Origin: Acidimicrobiia bacterium
Lineage (GTDB): Bacteria > Actinomycetota > Acidimicrobiia > Spongiisociales > ZC4RG35
NCBI GenBank assembly: GCA_965215185.1
Contig: OZ244034.1
Span: forward strand, 2,656,001 to 2,720,000
Length of the DNA: 64,000 nucleotides
Reading direction: 5' to 3'
Positions within the stretch are counted from its first letter, which is position 1, and every line of letters starts with the position of its first letter. The notes beneath the pieces were generated by a model. That model was not told where the DNA came from and searched no databases. It saw only the letters and a list, made by a program, of their open reading frames with translations. Position numbers and translations under genes: made by a program. This document shows positions 10,287-18,944 of this stretch, in pieces.

Positions 10287-11198
10287 GTGAACACCATCCA
10301 GACCGTTTCGGGAGAGATTTCTGTAGACGAGTTGGGTCTGACTTTGCCCCATGAGCATGTGTTCTTGGATGTCTACGAGATCACTATGAACTCGCATCTC
10401 ATCCTGAGTGATCCGCAGGTGGCACGATACGAGTTGGGGGTTTTCAAGGAAGCCGGGGGGTGCACCATTGTCGACCAAACGGTGCACGGACTCAATCCCG
10501 ATCCGGTGGCGCTTCGGCAACTGGCCGAGGATGTGGGGATCAACATTATTGCCGGGACCGGGTTTTACTGGGAGAAGTTCCATCCTCCCTGGCTGAAGGA
10601 CATGAGCGATCGCGATATCGTGGCCATGCTGGTGAAAGACCTGACGGTGGGTTTCTATGGAACCGACATCAAGGCGGGGATCATGGGCGAGATCGGAACT
10701 CATCATCGGAGAATCTCTGCTGCCGAAGAGCGGGTGATCAGGGCTTGTGCCACAGCTCAGCGGGAGACCGGAGTTCCCATCTCCACCCATGCCCTGTTCA
10801 CCCGCATAGGTCTGGAGCAGGTGAGGCTTTTCGAAGACGCCGGGGCCAATCTCGACAAATTGGTGATTGGCCACGTCGACACGACCCCGGATGTGGACTA
10901 CCATCTGGAGTTGCTTCGGAGAGGAGTTTGGATCGCCTACGACGCCATTGGACAGCTCGACAAGCAGTCTGACGAGAGACGAGCAGACGCCATCGCCCGA
11001 CTCATCCGGGCCGGTTATCGTGACCGGATTCTGCTCTCCACCGATATCGGAAAGCGGGGCGCCTTAAGGTCATATGGAGGAACGGGGTATGACCATGTGA
11101 TCACCCGTTTTGTGCCTCTGTTGCGGGGCAACGGCATCAGCGAGGAAGACATAGAGGCGCTTACGGTCGCCAATCCTCGACGTCTCTTCACCCGATGA
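10287..11198 (+). CDS. Phosphotriesterase-homology (PHP/PTE-like) metallohydrolase
   Basis: LGLTLPHEH, GEIG (Glu bridge), STHA, GHVD, LLSTD, ANPRRLF. Confidence 0.9.
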   Translation: MNTIQTVSGEISVDELGLTLPHEHVFLDVYEITMNSHLILSDPQVARYELGVFKEAGGCTIVDQTVHGLNPDPVALRQLAEDVGINIIAGTGFYWEKFHPPWLKDMSDRDIVAMLVKDLTVGFYGTDIKAGIMGEIGTHHRRISAAEERVIRACATAQRETGVPISTHALFTRIGLEQVRLFEDAGANLDKLVIGHVDTTPDVDYHLELLRRGVWIAYDAIGQLDKQSDERRADAIARLIRAGYRDRILLSTDIGKRGALRSYGGTGYDHVITRFVPLLRGNGISEEDIEALTVANPRRLFTR

Positions 11199-11251
11199 TG
11201 TACAGCAAGGAGCAACTTCCCACCGTCTTTGGCGGTAGGGAGTAACCGACC

Positions 11252-12316
11252 ATGAGCAAGGTTGGGCGCACCAGTTCTGTGTCAGTGGTCCTTTTTGGCC
11301 TGGGCACCGTTGGTCGGGCGACTCTCCGGCTGTGTCTGACCCGTCCGTGGCTTCGTCCGGTGGGGGCGGTGATCGGTTCCACGTCGCTGAAGGAACGAAT
11401 CGCCTCCGGGGAGATTCCCGCCGATCTTCAACTCTCCCACGATCCCGATCATCTGTTGGATCAACTCCGTCCGGAGGTGGCCCTGATAGCCACCCGGTCT
11501 CCGATCGCCGAAGTCAAAGACGACATCCTTAGGTGTGTGCGCAGGGGAGTGAATGTGGTCACCTCCAGTGAGGAACTGGCCTACCCGGCGGCCACCGATC
11601 CCGCGGCGGCCGAGGAGATCGCAGCCGCCTGCCGCCGCTTTGGGGTGGCGGTGGTGGCCACCGGAGTCAATCCGGGCTTCGTATTCGATGTACTGCCGGT
11701 GGTGATCTCCGGCGCCTGCTGGGATATCGACCGGATTTCGGTCACCCGGGCGCTGGACGCTTCGGTCTTCGGGCAGCGGGTACACCGTTCGCTGGGGGTG
11801 GGATACAGTCCGTCGGAATTCGAGCAGGCCCGCGGGGAGGGCATCATCCGCGGGCACATCGGCTTTGAGGAAAGCGCCCGGGTCATCGCCGAGGTGCTGG
11901 GGAGGACACTGGACCGTTTTGAGGAGAGCGTTGAGCCCCTGATCGCAGACCAACCTTATCAACTGGCCGAGTATGTCATTCCCCCAGGTCTAACGGCCGG
12001 GGTTGTCCAAGAGGCGACCGGCTGGGTTGACGGTCAACCGTGGCTTCGGTTCGACTTATCTCTGCATGTGGATCCGGGCTCGGTTGGCATGGAGACCAGT
12101 GATCGTGTCCTCATCGAGGGAGAGAACACCATCGACGTCACGATCCGGCCCGGCACCCAGTCGGTATTGACCACCTCTGCCCGTCTTGTCAACAGTATCC
12201 ATTCGGTCCTATCCGCCCCACCGGGGTTATACACCGCGGCCGATTTGCTGCCCGCCGCTCCCTGGCTGCGAAAAACTCCTCCTCAGGGCATTCGCAGGCG
12301 CGTCGCCCAGGCTTGA
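11252..12316 (+). CDS. NAD(P)-dependent amine dehydrogenase, 2,4-diaminopentanoate dehydrogenase (Ord)-like
   Basis: GLGTVG Rossmann, NVVTSSEELAYP, ATGVNPGFVFD, GHIGFEES, VNSI..V..APPGL. Confidence 0.8.
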   Translation: MSKVGRTSSVSVVLFGLGTVGRATLRLCLTRPWLRPVGAVIGSTSLKERIASGEIPADLQLSHDPDHLLDQLRPEVALIATRSPIAEVKDDILRCVRRGVNVVTSSEELAYPAATDPAAAEEIAAACRRFGVAVVATGVNPGFVFDVLPVVISGACWDIDRISVTRALDASVFGQRVHRSLGVGYSPSEFEQARGEGIIRGHIGFEESARVIAEVLGRTLDRFEESVEPLIADQPYQLAEYVIPPGLTAGVVQEATGWVDGQPWLRFDLSLHVDPGSVGMETSDRVLIEGENTIDVTIRPGTQSVLTTSARLVNSIHSVLSAPPGLYTAADLLPAAPWLRKTPPQGIRRRVAQA

Positions 12317-12375
12317 GCGACCAGGCTGGTTCGTTCTCGCGCTGTTGTGCCAACACCTGCTTTCGGTATGGTCAC

Positions 12376-12609
12376 GGGGGTTGTGAAAAAGACCGCTGAT
12401 GGGGAGTTGATTCTGTCCCACCGAGAGTCCATATTGAAAAAGCCAAACACCGAGAGACGGTCCGTTCCGGCGTCGTGCGGACCGCGTTAAGGGATTACAC
12501 CGGTTAATGCAACAAGCCCTGTTTCGAGGGGGCGGAGCTTGTTCGACCCATGGCAAGGTGGCGGCGGGGGAGGGCCCGAAAGGGACAGGAAATGTCGCGA
12601 CAATTCCTG
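12376..12609 (+). mobile_element. Candidate non-autonomous ~235-bp element (MITE-like), copy A
   Basis: Colinear similarity to 22174-22411; left end GGTTGTGAAAA is the reverse complement of copy B's right end. Confidence 0.45.
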
Positions 12610-12703
12610 CTATGTTGCCCGACGACTATCAGTCGAAAACTACGCGCCCGCACACCGACCTGGTATTCGCCCTCCTGTAGCTGCGCCTGTAAGACAGGGC
12701 AAG

Positions 12704-13096
12704 CTAGTTGCAGACGGCGGTGGCTTCGATCTCGATCAGGTATCCGGGGTCCAGGAAGGCTGACACCTCAACCATGGTGGAGGCGGGCTTTATGTCCCCG
12801 AACATCTCGGCGTGGGCTCTTCCGGCCTCTTCCCATCGAGAAATGTCGGTGAGAAACAACCGGGTGCGGACCACATTGGCAGGCGTGGCTCCCAACTTGG
12901 CCAATGCCCTGACGATGATCTGCAGACAGGCTTTGGTCTGTCCGTACATATCATCGGGGGCGATCACCGATCCGTCCGGCGCCCCGGCGGTGGTTCCGGC
13001 CACCTCGATCAGGTTGCCCACCCGGACCGCCCGAGAGTAACCCACCGGGTCCCACGGGCGGTTGGATGGTACCTGCTGTCTTTGGCCACTCGACAT
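12704..13096 (-). CDS. RidA/YjgF family protein
   Basis: WDPVGYSRAVRVG, VVRTRLF, PASTMVEV, LIEIEATA. Confidence 0.88.
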   Translation of the reverse strand: MSSGQRQQVPSNRPWDPVGYSRAVRVGNLIEVAGTTAGAPDGSVIAPDDMYGQTKACLQIIVRALAKLGATPANVVRTRLFLTDISRWEEAGRAHAEMFGDIKPASTMVEVSAFLDPGYLIEIEATAVCN

Positions 13097-13110
13097 GGTT
13101 GTCTTCGGTC

Positions 13111-13572
13111 CTAGTCGTCTTCGGCGGGGAAAACGTCCACCGTGATAGGGAACTGGACATCTTCGTGAGGCCGAATGGTGACCGGGAAAGCACCGATACT
13201 GCGGATCGGAGCGTCAAGCACCACATGGTGAGGCTCAAGAACGAAGCCGGTGTCCCGACGCACCGCCTCCACCACGTCTTTGGCGTTCACCGAGCCGTAG
13301 AGGGTGCCTGCCTCGGAGGCGCGGGCGGCGATGACAACCATTTTGCCCACCAGCCGGGTGGCGACCTGCTCGGCCTGGGACTTGCGCCGCGTGTACTCGG
13401 TCAGCTTCGTCTGCTTGAGGGCCTGGATGTGGGCGATGGCCCGAGGGGTGGCCTTGACGGCCTTCTTGCGAGGTATAAGGTAATTCCGGGCGTATCCGGG
13501 TGCTACCTCTACCACTTCGCCTTTGTCTCCCAACCCGGAGATGTCCTCGGTAAGGATTAGTCGGGCGCTCAT
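13111..13572 (-). CDS. rplI: 50S ribosomal protein L9
   Basis: [34 protein letters not shown]; start MSARL overlaps rpsR stop. Confidence 0.96.
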   Translation of the reverse strand: MSARLILTEDISGLGDKGEVVEVAPGYARNYLIPRKKAVKATPRAIAHIQALKQTKLTEYTRRKSQAEQVATRLVGKMVVIAARASEAGTLYGSVNAKDVVEAVRRDTGFVLEPHHVVLDAPIRSIGAFPVTIRPHEDVQFPITVDVFPAEDD

Positions 13573-13835
13573 AGGTTGGTGTAGGGCAGAAGGGCCATTT
13601 CGCGGGCGTTTTTGACGGCGCGAGCCACCGCATTCTGATGTCGTTGGCAGTTGCCGGTGGACCGCCTCCCGCGGATTTTGGCGCGGGCGTCGGAGACATA
13701 CCTGCGCAGCAGGGTGATGTCCTTGTAGTCCACATAGCGGATTTTGTTGTCGCAGAAGTGGCAGGTCCGCTTCTTTACTCGCCGATAGCTTGATCCCGAG
13801 CGGGGGCGTCTTGTGGGTGAAGCTTTGCGTGCCAT
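13569..13835 (-). CDS. rpsR: 30S ribosomal protein S18 (zinc-binding form)
   Basis: [30 protein letters not shown]. Confidence 0.97.
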   Translation of the reverse strand: MARKASPTRRPRSGSSYRRVKKRTCHFCDNKIRYVDYKDITLLRRYVSDARAKIRGRRSTGNCQRHQNAVARAVKNAREMALLPYTNL

Positions 13836-13847
13836 GGTGCTCCTTTC

Positions 13848-14312
13848 CTAGAAGGGCTCTTCGTCGCTGCTGTAAGAACCCGAAGGACGGGGGGGAGCGG
13901 CTGGCGGACGCGACTGTCGCTGTTGGCCTCCGGCCTGGTAACCGTCTCCGGATTCGCGGGTGGTGCGCCTCACGTCGGCGGTGGCCCACCGAAGGGATGG
14001 CCCGATCTCATCGATCCGCACCTCCACCACCGCGCGCTTTTCGCCGGTCGGGGTTTCCCAAGTGCGTTGCTGCAGGCGGCCGGTGACGACGACCCTCGAC
14101 CCCTTCTGCAGGGATTCGGCAACGTTTTCGGCGTACTGACGCCAAACCGTTCCGCTGAAAAAGCTGGTCTCTTCCTGCCATTCTTCGTTGGCGTTGCGCC
14201 AGCGGTGGCTGACGGCCATTCGGATGTTGGCTCTAGGTATTCCCGACGTAGTGAAACGCAGTTCGGGGTCTTCCACCAGATTGCCAACCAGTGTCACAGA
14301 GTTATAGGTCAT
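13848..14312 (-). CDS. ssb: Single-stranded DNA-binding protein
   Basis: VGNLVEDPELRFT, AENVAESL.KG.RV, acidic DEEPF tail. Confidence 0.97.
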   Translation of the reverse strand: MTYNSVTLVGNLVEDPELRFTTSGIPRANIRMAVSHRWRNANEEWQEETSFFSGTVWRQYAENVAESLQKGSRVVVTGRLQQRTWETPTGEKRAVVEVRIDEIGPSLRWATADVRRTTRESGDGYQAGGQQRQSRPPAAPPRPSGSYSSDEEPF

Positions 14313-14346
14313 TTCTCTTCTCTCTCTCGTTTCTCAGGGACCTGGC

Positions 14347-14634
14347 TCATGTTTCAGGACGGATGATTTTATGACGTAGCACATCATCGGCCAAAGACAG
14401 TACCCGGCGGAGGGAGTCAACGGTGGCAGGTTCCGACTCGAACCGGTTGATGGTGTAATAACCCTCAGAGACATGATCTATCGGGTAGGCAAACTTTCGC
14501 TTGCCCCACGGATCGGTCTCTTGGTTGGAGGCTCCTTGGTTGGCCATGAACGCACTCAACTCAGAAACTTTGTCCCGGTACTCTGCCTCGGACATTTCCG
14601 GGCGATGGATAGTCATAAGTTCATATTGACGCAA
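14347..14634 (-). CDS. rpsF: 30S ribosomal protein S6
   Basis: MRQYELM, WGKRKFAYPI..GYY, VLRH; TTG start with AGGAGGTGA RBS. Confidence 0.96.
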   Translation of the reverse strand: MRQYELMTIHRPEMSEAEYRDKVSELSAFMANQGASNQETDPWGKRKFAYPIDHVSEGYYTINRFESEPATVDSLRRVLSLADDVLRHKIIRPET

Positions 14635-14640
14635 CTTGCG

Positions 14641-14696
14641 TCACCTCCTTTGGGCATCCGCTCGAATGCAGAAGGCCCCTTTCAATGGGGCAGGAC
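14641..14696 (-). promoter_or_regulatory. Probable S6:S18 ribosomal protein leader RNA
   Basis: Minus strand TCCT-GCCCC(attgaaa)GGGGC-CTTCT-GCATTCG..CGGATGC..AGGAGGT; 5' TCCT can pair with the SD; directly upstream of rpsF. Confidence 0.5.
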
Positions 14697-14781
14697 AGGC
14701 GCCTTGTGGCGCGTTTGGGGGGACTTGGCAATGATAATAGCGCATGCCAGGACTAACGAGTCCGCCATCGCCTGCGATGTT

Positions 14782-15546
14782 TCACGGCGAAAAGCTGGTT
14801 TCTTCCAGGATGAGGTATTCCCTCGAAGCCACTGCGTCGAAGAATCCCGGAGGAGCTTCCAGGGCGTAACGCACCGGCATTTCAGATTGATAGGAGGGGC
14901 AGGGGTCGACGGTGCATGGAACCATGGCCACTACCAGGAAAAGAGAGTTCGCTTCGTCGAAGAATCCGATGTCGAGGGGGATGAGCGTGTTCTTCATCCA
15001 AAAGGACACCTGTAGGGGAGAATCCCAAGCAAAAAGCATTCCATCCAGTTCGCCCAGGGAGGTCACTGCCATCAAGCCGCGGCCGCGGAGGGTGGGAGTG
15101 TCCGCCAAGGCCAGCAGCAGTGACTGATCGCCTAGCAGGGCGCTGATGATCTCGAACCCGGTTACGTCTCCGCTATCGAGTGGGGAGGGGATAGGGGGGG
15201 TTGTGGATGGCGCTTCAGTGGTAAGGGTTGTGTCGGCGCTGGTGGCAGGAGGTGAGGTGGCGGCTGGGGCTGGCGCAGCGGTGGTAAGGGTTGTGGATGG
15301 CGCTTCGGTGGTAAGGGTTGTGGGGGTGGTTGTGTCGGCGCTGGTGGCAGGAGGTGAGGTGGCGGCTGGGGCTGGCGCAGCGGTGGTAAGGGTTGTGGAG
15401 GGGGTGGCGGTGGCTGTCGGCTCGATCGCGGCGACAGCAGCAACGGTGAGTGTGCCTTCTCCCTGATCGTTCCCGGACGAAGTCTGCTCGCAGGCTCCGA
15501 CAGCAAGTGTGAGGAGAACTAAAAGGAGTAGACGTTCGCGGTTGAA
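14782..15546 (-). CDS. DUF192 lipoprotein with Thr/Pro/Ala-rich linker; canonical start codon absent (TTC at expected site)
   Basis: Frame open from 15570 to 14782: NRERLLLLVLLTLAVGA-C lipobox, T/P/A linker, then RGLM..GMLF..FWMKNTLIPLDIGF..YALE. Confidence 0.8.
   Translation of the reverse strand, partial: FNRERLLLLVLLTLAVGACEQTSSGNDQGEGTLTVAAVAAIEPTATATPSTTLTTAAPAPAATSPPATSADTTTPTTLTTEAPSTTLTTAAPAPAATSPPATSADTTLTTEAPSTTPPIPSPLDSGDVTGFEIISALLGDQSLLLALADTPTLRGRGLMAVTSLGELDGMLFAWDSPLQVSFWMKNTLIPLDIGFFDEANSLFLVVAMVPCTVDPCPSYQSEMPVRYALEAPPGFFDAVASREYLILEETSFSP
15232..15399. repeat. Direct repeat (~66-bp unit, 102-bp period) encoding the Thr/Pro/Ala linker
   Basis: GTCGGCGCTGGTGGCAGGAGGTGAGGTGGCGGCTGGGGCTGGCGCAGCGGTGGTAAGGGTTGTGGA at 15232 and 15334. 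Confidence 0.85.
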
Positions 15547-16379
15547 GGTTCCTCCTCTAACAGGGCTTCCTCAAGACCCGCGTCCACTCGGTAGGTCTCC
15601 TTCTGGTCGGGAAAGTTGCCGGCTTTCACATCGTCACGGAAGCGGCGGAGCGCATCGGTGGCGATGGCGCGCAGATTCGCATACTGACGCACGAACTTTG
15701 GATAGGTGCCGAACCCCATTCCCAGCAGGTCGTGGAAGACCAGGACTTGCCCGTCTGCGCAACGACCGGCGCCGATTCCGATAGTTGGTATGCAGATGCG
15801 TTCGGTGACCACCGACGTCAACACTTCCGGTATGCCCTCCAGGACCAGGGAGAACACTCCAGCCTCCTCCAGGGCTTGGGCGTCCCGGATGATCTTGCGG
15901 GCGGTGTCCAGTCGGCGACCCTGGACGCGATAGCCCCCCTCGGTATGGATGGACTGGGGGGTGAGTCCCAAATGGCCCATCACCGGGATCTGGGCGGCCA
16001 GCAGGCGCTCGATGTGAGGTATCCGCTCTGATCCCCCTTCGATTTTCACCGCCTCGGCACCCGCTCTGATCAAGGTGGCGGCATTTCGAACGGTTTCCTC
16101 GGGGGAAACGTGAAAGCTCATCCAGGGCATGTCGCCCACAATCAGCGAATGGGGCTTGGCCCGCGCTACAGCCCCCACATGAAGGGCCATCATCTCCATG
16201 CTCATCGAAAGAGTGGTGTCGAAGCCGTGGACGACATTGGCGGCGGAGTCTCCAACCAAGATGATGTCGATGCCGGCTTCCGAGGCCAGTTTTGCGCTGG
16301 GGAAATCGTAGGCAGTCACCATGGCGATCTTTTCGGCGCCTTTGCGGGCTGCGATGGCGGGGACAGTCACCTTTGCCAT
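15519..16379 (-). CDS. panB: 3-methyl-2-oxobutanoate hydroxymethyltransferase
   Basis: MVTAYD, ILVGDS, DMPWMS, VKIEGG, GHLGLTPQS, IGIGAG..DGQVLV. Confidence 0.97.
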   Translation of the reverse strand: MAKVTVPAIAARKGAEKIAMVTAYDFPSAKLASEAGIDIILVGDSAANVVHGFDTTLSMSMEMMALHVGAVARAKPHSLIVGDMPWMSFHVSPEETVRNAATLIRAGAEAVKIEGGSERIPHIERLLAAQIPVMGHLGLTPQSIHTEGGYRVQGRRLDTARKIIRDAQALEEAGVFSLVLEGIPEVLTSVVTERICIPTIGIGAGRCADGQVLVFHDLLGMGFGTYPKFVRQYANLRAIATDALRRFRDDVKAGNFPDQKETYRVDAGLEEALLEEEPSTANVYSF

Positions 16380-16595
16380 GTTTTTTCTCCTCTCTCCCCA
16401 CCGCTAAAGGGTTGGGGGATCGGTTTTGGTTTTGAGATAGCCCAGTCCGGGGGTCAGCACGCTGCTAATCGAGTCGACCGCCCCCTGAGGGCTAGCTGAT
16501 CCTAATAATAAGCTGCCGCTAGGTGTCGAGAGCCGGGATTTGGTAGGTGGGTTTTAACCTTGTGCGTTCCGCTGTCGCCTTTGGGGCGAGGCCTG

Positions 16596-16949
16596 CTACA
16601 GGTATATGCCGACGAGGATCACAACAAGGGTGAGAACGGTGACTGCCGTGAGCCTCTTTCCCCTTACGGGCTGATCAATCTTTGCAGTTCTGATCTTGCC
16701 GACTTTGAACACTCCGACGGCAATCAACATCACCACGGGATGGAAGAGGGCATCCCAGGTCCCGTTCGCGACCAAAAGGATGATCCCCAGCAACGCCTGG
16801 ACATCCAACAAAATGGAAGTAACGCTTACCAAGGCAGGGTGATGGGAGGAGTCTTTGTTCCATTTGCCCAGTCCGATCACCAATACGGAGATCAGGGCGA
16901 CCAGCACCAGCCACCGGAGGCCTGAATGTGTTTCTAACAGAAAATCCAT
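16596..16949 (-). CDS. Small four-helix membrane protein
   Basis: HSGLRWLV..LDVQALLG..HPVVMLIA; four hydrophobic segments. Confidence 0.75.
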   Translation of the reverse strand: MDFLLETHSGLRWLVLVALISVLVIGLGKWNKDSSHHPALVSVTSILLDVQALLGIILLVANGTWDALFHPVVMLIAVGVFKVGKIRTAKIDQPVRGKRLTAVTVLTLVVILVGIYL

Positions 16950-17131
16950 ACTGGTAATGATATCGGATATTGGGTTTTTGCTTGCCGAGTTTCGACCAAC
17001 CGCTACGGAGCCGCCCTCCTGGAGACTGTTGGTACCCTGAGGCCGTGGGAAAGCGGCAAGCGCTCTGCCCATCGGCATCCCCACAGTTTGGGAGTCCGAA
17101 ATGTAACAAGAAGCCGCCAGTGGAGGACAAA

Positions 17132-17452
17132 ATGCTTTTCGAGTTGAGGCGGTACCAGTGCAAACCGGGAAAACGCGACGAATGGGTCCGTTTCATGGAA
17201 GAAACGTTGATACCCTTCCAGGTTTCCCATGGAGTGGTTGTGGTGGGATCATTCATAGACGAGGAGAATCCCGACGAGTACGTGTGGATCTGGCGTTTTG
17301 ACTCCGAAGAGGAGCGCGAGCGGATATACCAGGCCAGTTACGGAAGTGACACCTGGAACGAGGAGATACTGCCCAAGGTGGCGGAGATGGTCATTCGGGA
17401 ACGTTCGGTGATCTCGCGCCTACGACCCACGCCGAAGTCGGTTATCCGTTAG
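17132..17452 (+). CDS. NIPSNAP family protein
   Basis: FELRRYQCKPGKR, YVWIWRFDS, L.PTPKS; GGAGG RBS. Confidence 0.88.
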   Translation: MLFELRRYQCKPGKRDEWVRFMEETLIPFQVSHGVVVVGSFIDEENPDEYVWIWRFDSEEERERIYQASYGSDTWNEEILPKVAEMVIRERSVISRLRPTPKSVIR

Positions 17453-17484
17453 AGGGGGGCCTCATCGGGGGCCCACTTTGAAGA

Positions 17485-18261
17485 TCAGCTGGCGTTTAGT
17501 AGTTGATCTCTCAGCCAGACGATATCCGCTTCCTGGCCTTCCGATGGGGTTTCCACCACTGCCGGGGCGCCAGCCTCGCGGACGACTACTGCCAACAGAT
17601 CGGGCGGGATTTCGCCTTCCTTGAGATTGGCATGACGATCCCTTCTGGAGTCGAATGGATCACGGGAATTGTTGGCATGCACCAAATCGATTCTTCCCGT
17701 CGCAGCCAGGATCCGCTCCACCAGCCCTTCGAGCGGCTCTCCTCCCGCCCAGGCGTGACAGGTGTCGAGCACGAAACCCACGTCCAAGTCGCCGATTTCC
17801 TCCCACAGTCGCCGGATGTCCTCCAGCTTCCGGGCGGCGGCAAAATCTCCTGAGGCAGTGTTTTCGATCAACACCGGCACGTCGGTATCGAGTTGGACGA
17901 GCGCCTTGCGCCAGCGTTTGAAGGCCTCTCCCATGTCGCCTCCACCCGTTACATGTCCGCCGTGAACCACCACCCCCGCTGCCCCGATCTCGGAAGCAGC
18001 CTCGCAGGTATCGGCGAGGATCCGTCTGCTGGGTATCCGTATTCTGCTCACCTTCGCAACCACATTCACCAGGTACGGGCTATGAACATAAATGGGAATT
18101 GAGGAGGCGGCCAATTTTTCGGCATCATCCCGAGGTAGGGGCTTCTTCCAACTTTGCGGGTTGGACAAGAAAACCTGGATCACATCGGCGCCGATCGCTT
18201 CGGCATCGGCCAGAGGTGTCTTGTTGGACAGATGCGCCCCGATCAGCGGAGGGCTAGCCAT
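17485..18261 (-). CDS. nfo: Endonuclease IV
   Basis: IGAH, NPQSW, HSPYLVN, VHGG, IENT, DTCH, DRHANL, VET zinc ligands. Confidence 0.93.
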   Translation of the reverse strand: MASPPLIGAHLSNKTPLADAEAIGADVIQVFLSNPQSWKKPLPRDDAEKLAASSIPIYVHSPYLVNVVAKVSRIRIPSRRILADTCEAASEIGAAGVVVHGGHVTGGGDMGEAFKRWRKALVQLDTDVPVLIENTASGDFAAARKLEDIRRLWEEIGDLDVGFVLDTCHAWAGGEPLEGLVERILAATGRIDLVHANNSRDPFDSRRDRHANLKEGEIPPDLLAVVVREAGAPAVVETPSEGQEADIVWLRDQLLNAS

Positions 18262-18829
18262 TGTTGGTCGCCTCGAGTTGTTCGGACATCATGCTGAGAT
18301 AGTGATTGCTCACCGTGGCCACCACTTCGGCGCGAACTGACCAGTCGGAGGCCAATACCCGCAGGATGCGGCTTCCTGTCCATCTTGCTCCCCACGGGTC
18401 ACGGGGGAGGTCGTTGGTCGAGTAGGTGGGGTGCAGGACAATGGTCAGGCTTGACAAAAGGCTCCCGTCGTCAGACACCGCTTGGGAGAACACCTCTTTG
18501 ATCGCATCCCAGGGTAAGAGGTCGGTAGGGCGAAAAGGGCCCCGCAGCGCAAGATAAAGTCCATTCGGAGCCACGATCAGCATGGCCCGTGCCCGAATTC
18601 CTGAGATCACGCCCCAAATAATCAAGGCAACGCCCATCGCGAGCATGAGCCCCGCCCACACCCGCTCCCGAGCCTCCAAGACTTCTTCTCCTTGGTAGAC
18701 CCTCTCAACAAGTGCGGCCACCAGCCCATTCCAAACCAGCAGATCCAGGGCCACTACAACCAGCACCGCTCCCAACAGGGCGATAAACCAGCTTCGCCGG
18801 GACGAGTTGTGGACGGTGATGGTTTCCAT
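18254..18829 (-). CDS. Membrane protein, two TM helices plus soluble domain
   Basis: GAGGAG RBS before METITV; overlaps nfo start. Confidence 0.7.
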   Translation of the reverse strand: METITVHNSSRRSWFIALLGAVLVVVALDLLVWNGLVAALVERVYQGEEVLEARERVWAGLMLAMGVALIIWGVISGIRARAMLIVAPNGLYLALRGPFRPTDLLPWDAIKEVFSQAVSDDGSLLSSLTIVLHPTYSTNDLPRDPWGARWTGSRILRVLASDWSVRAEVVATVSNHYLSMMSEQLEATNNG

Positions 18830-18944
18830 TTTCTCCTCAAGGGGCGATTTACACGATACCGTGCTTTGGGAGAGAAGCTGACGGACCACTCCAAAGTGCA
18901 GATCGCGATTGGCAAGAAAAGACGGATCGGTTAGCTTGAGAGGC

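Noticed and set aside
16980-17100. Cobalamin or SAM riboswitch
   Set aside because: Their conserved sequence cores are absent; kept only as an unnamed structure.
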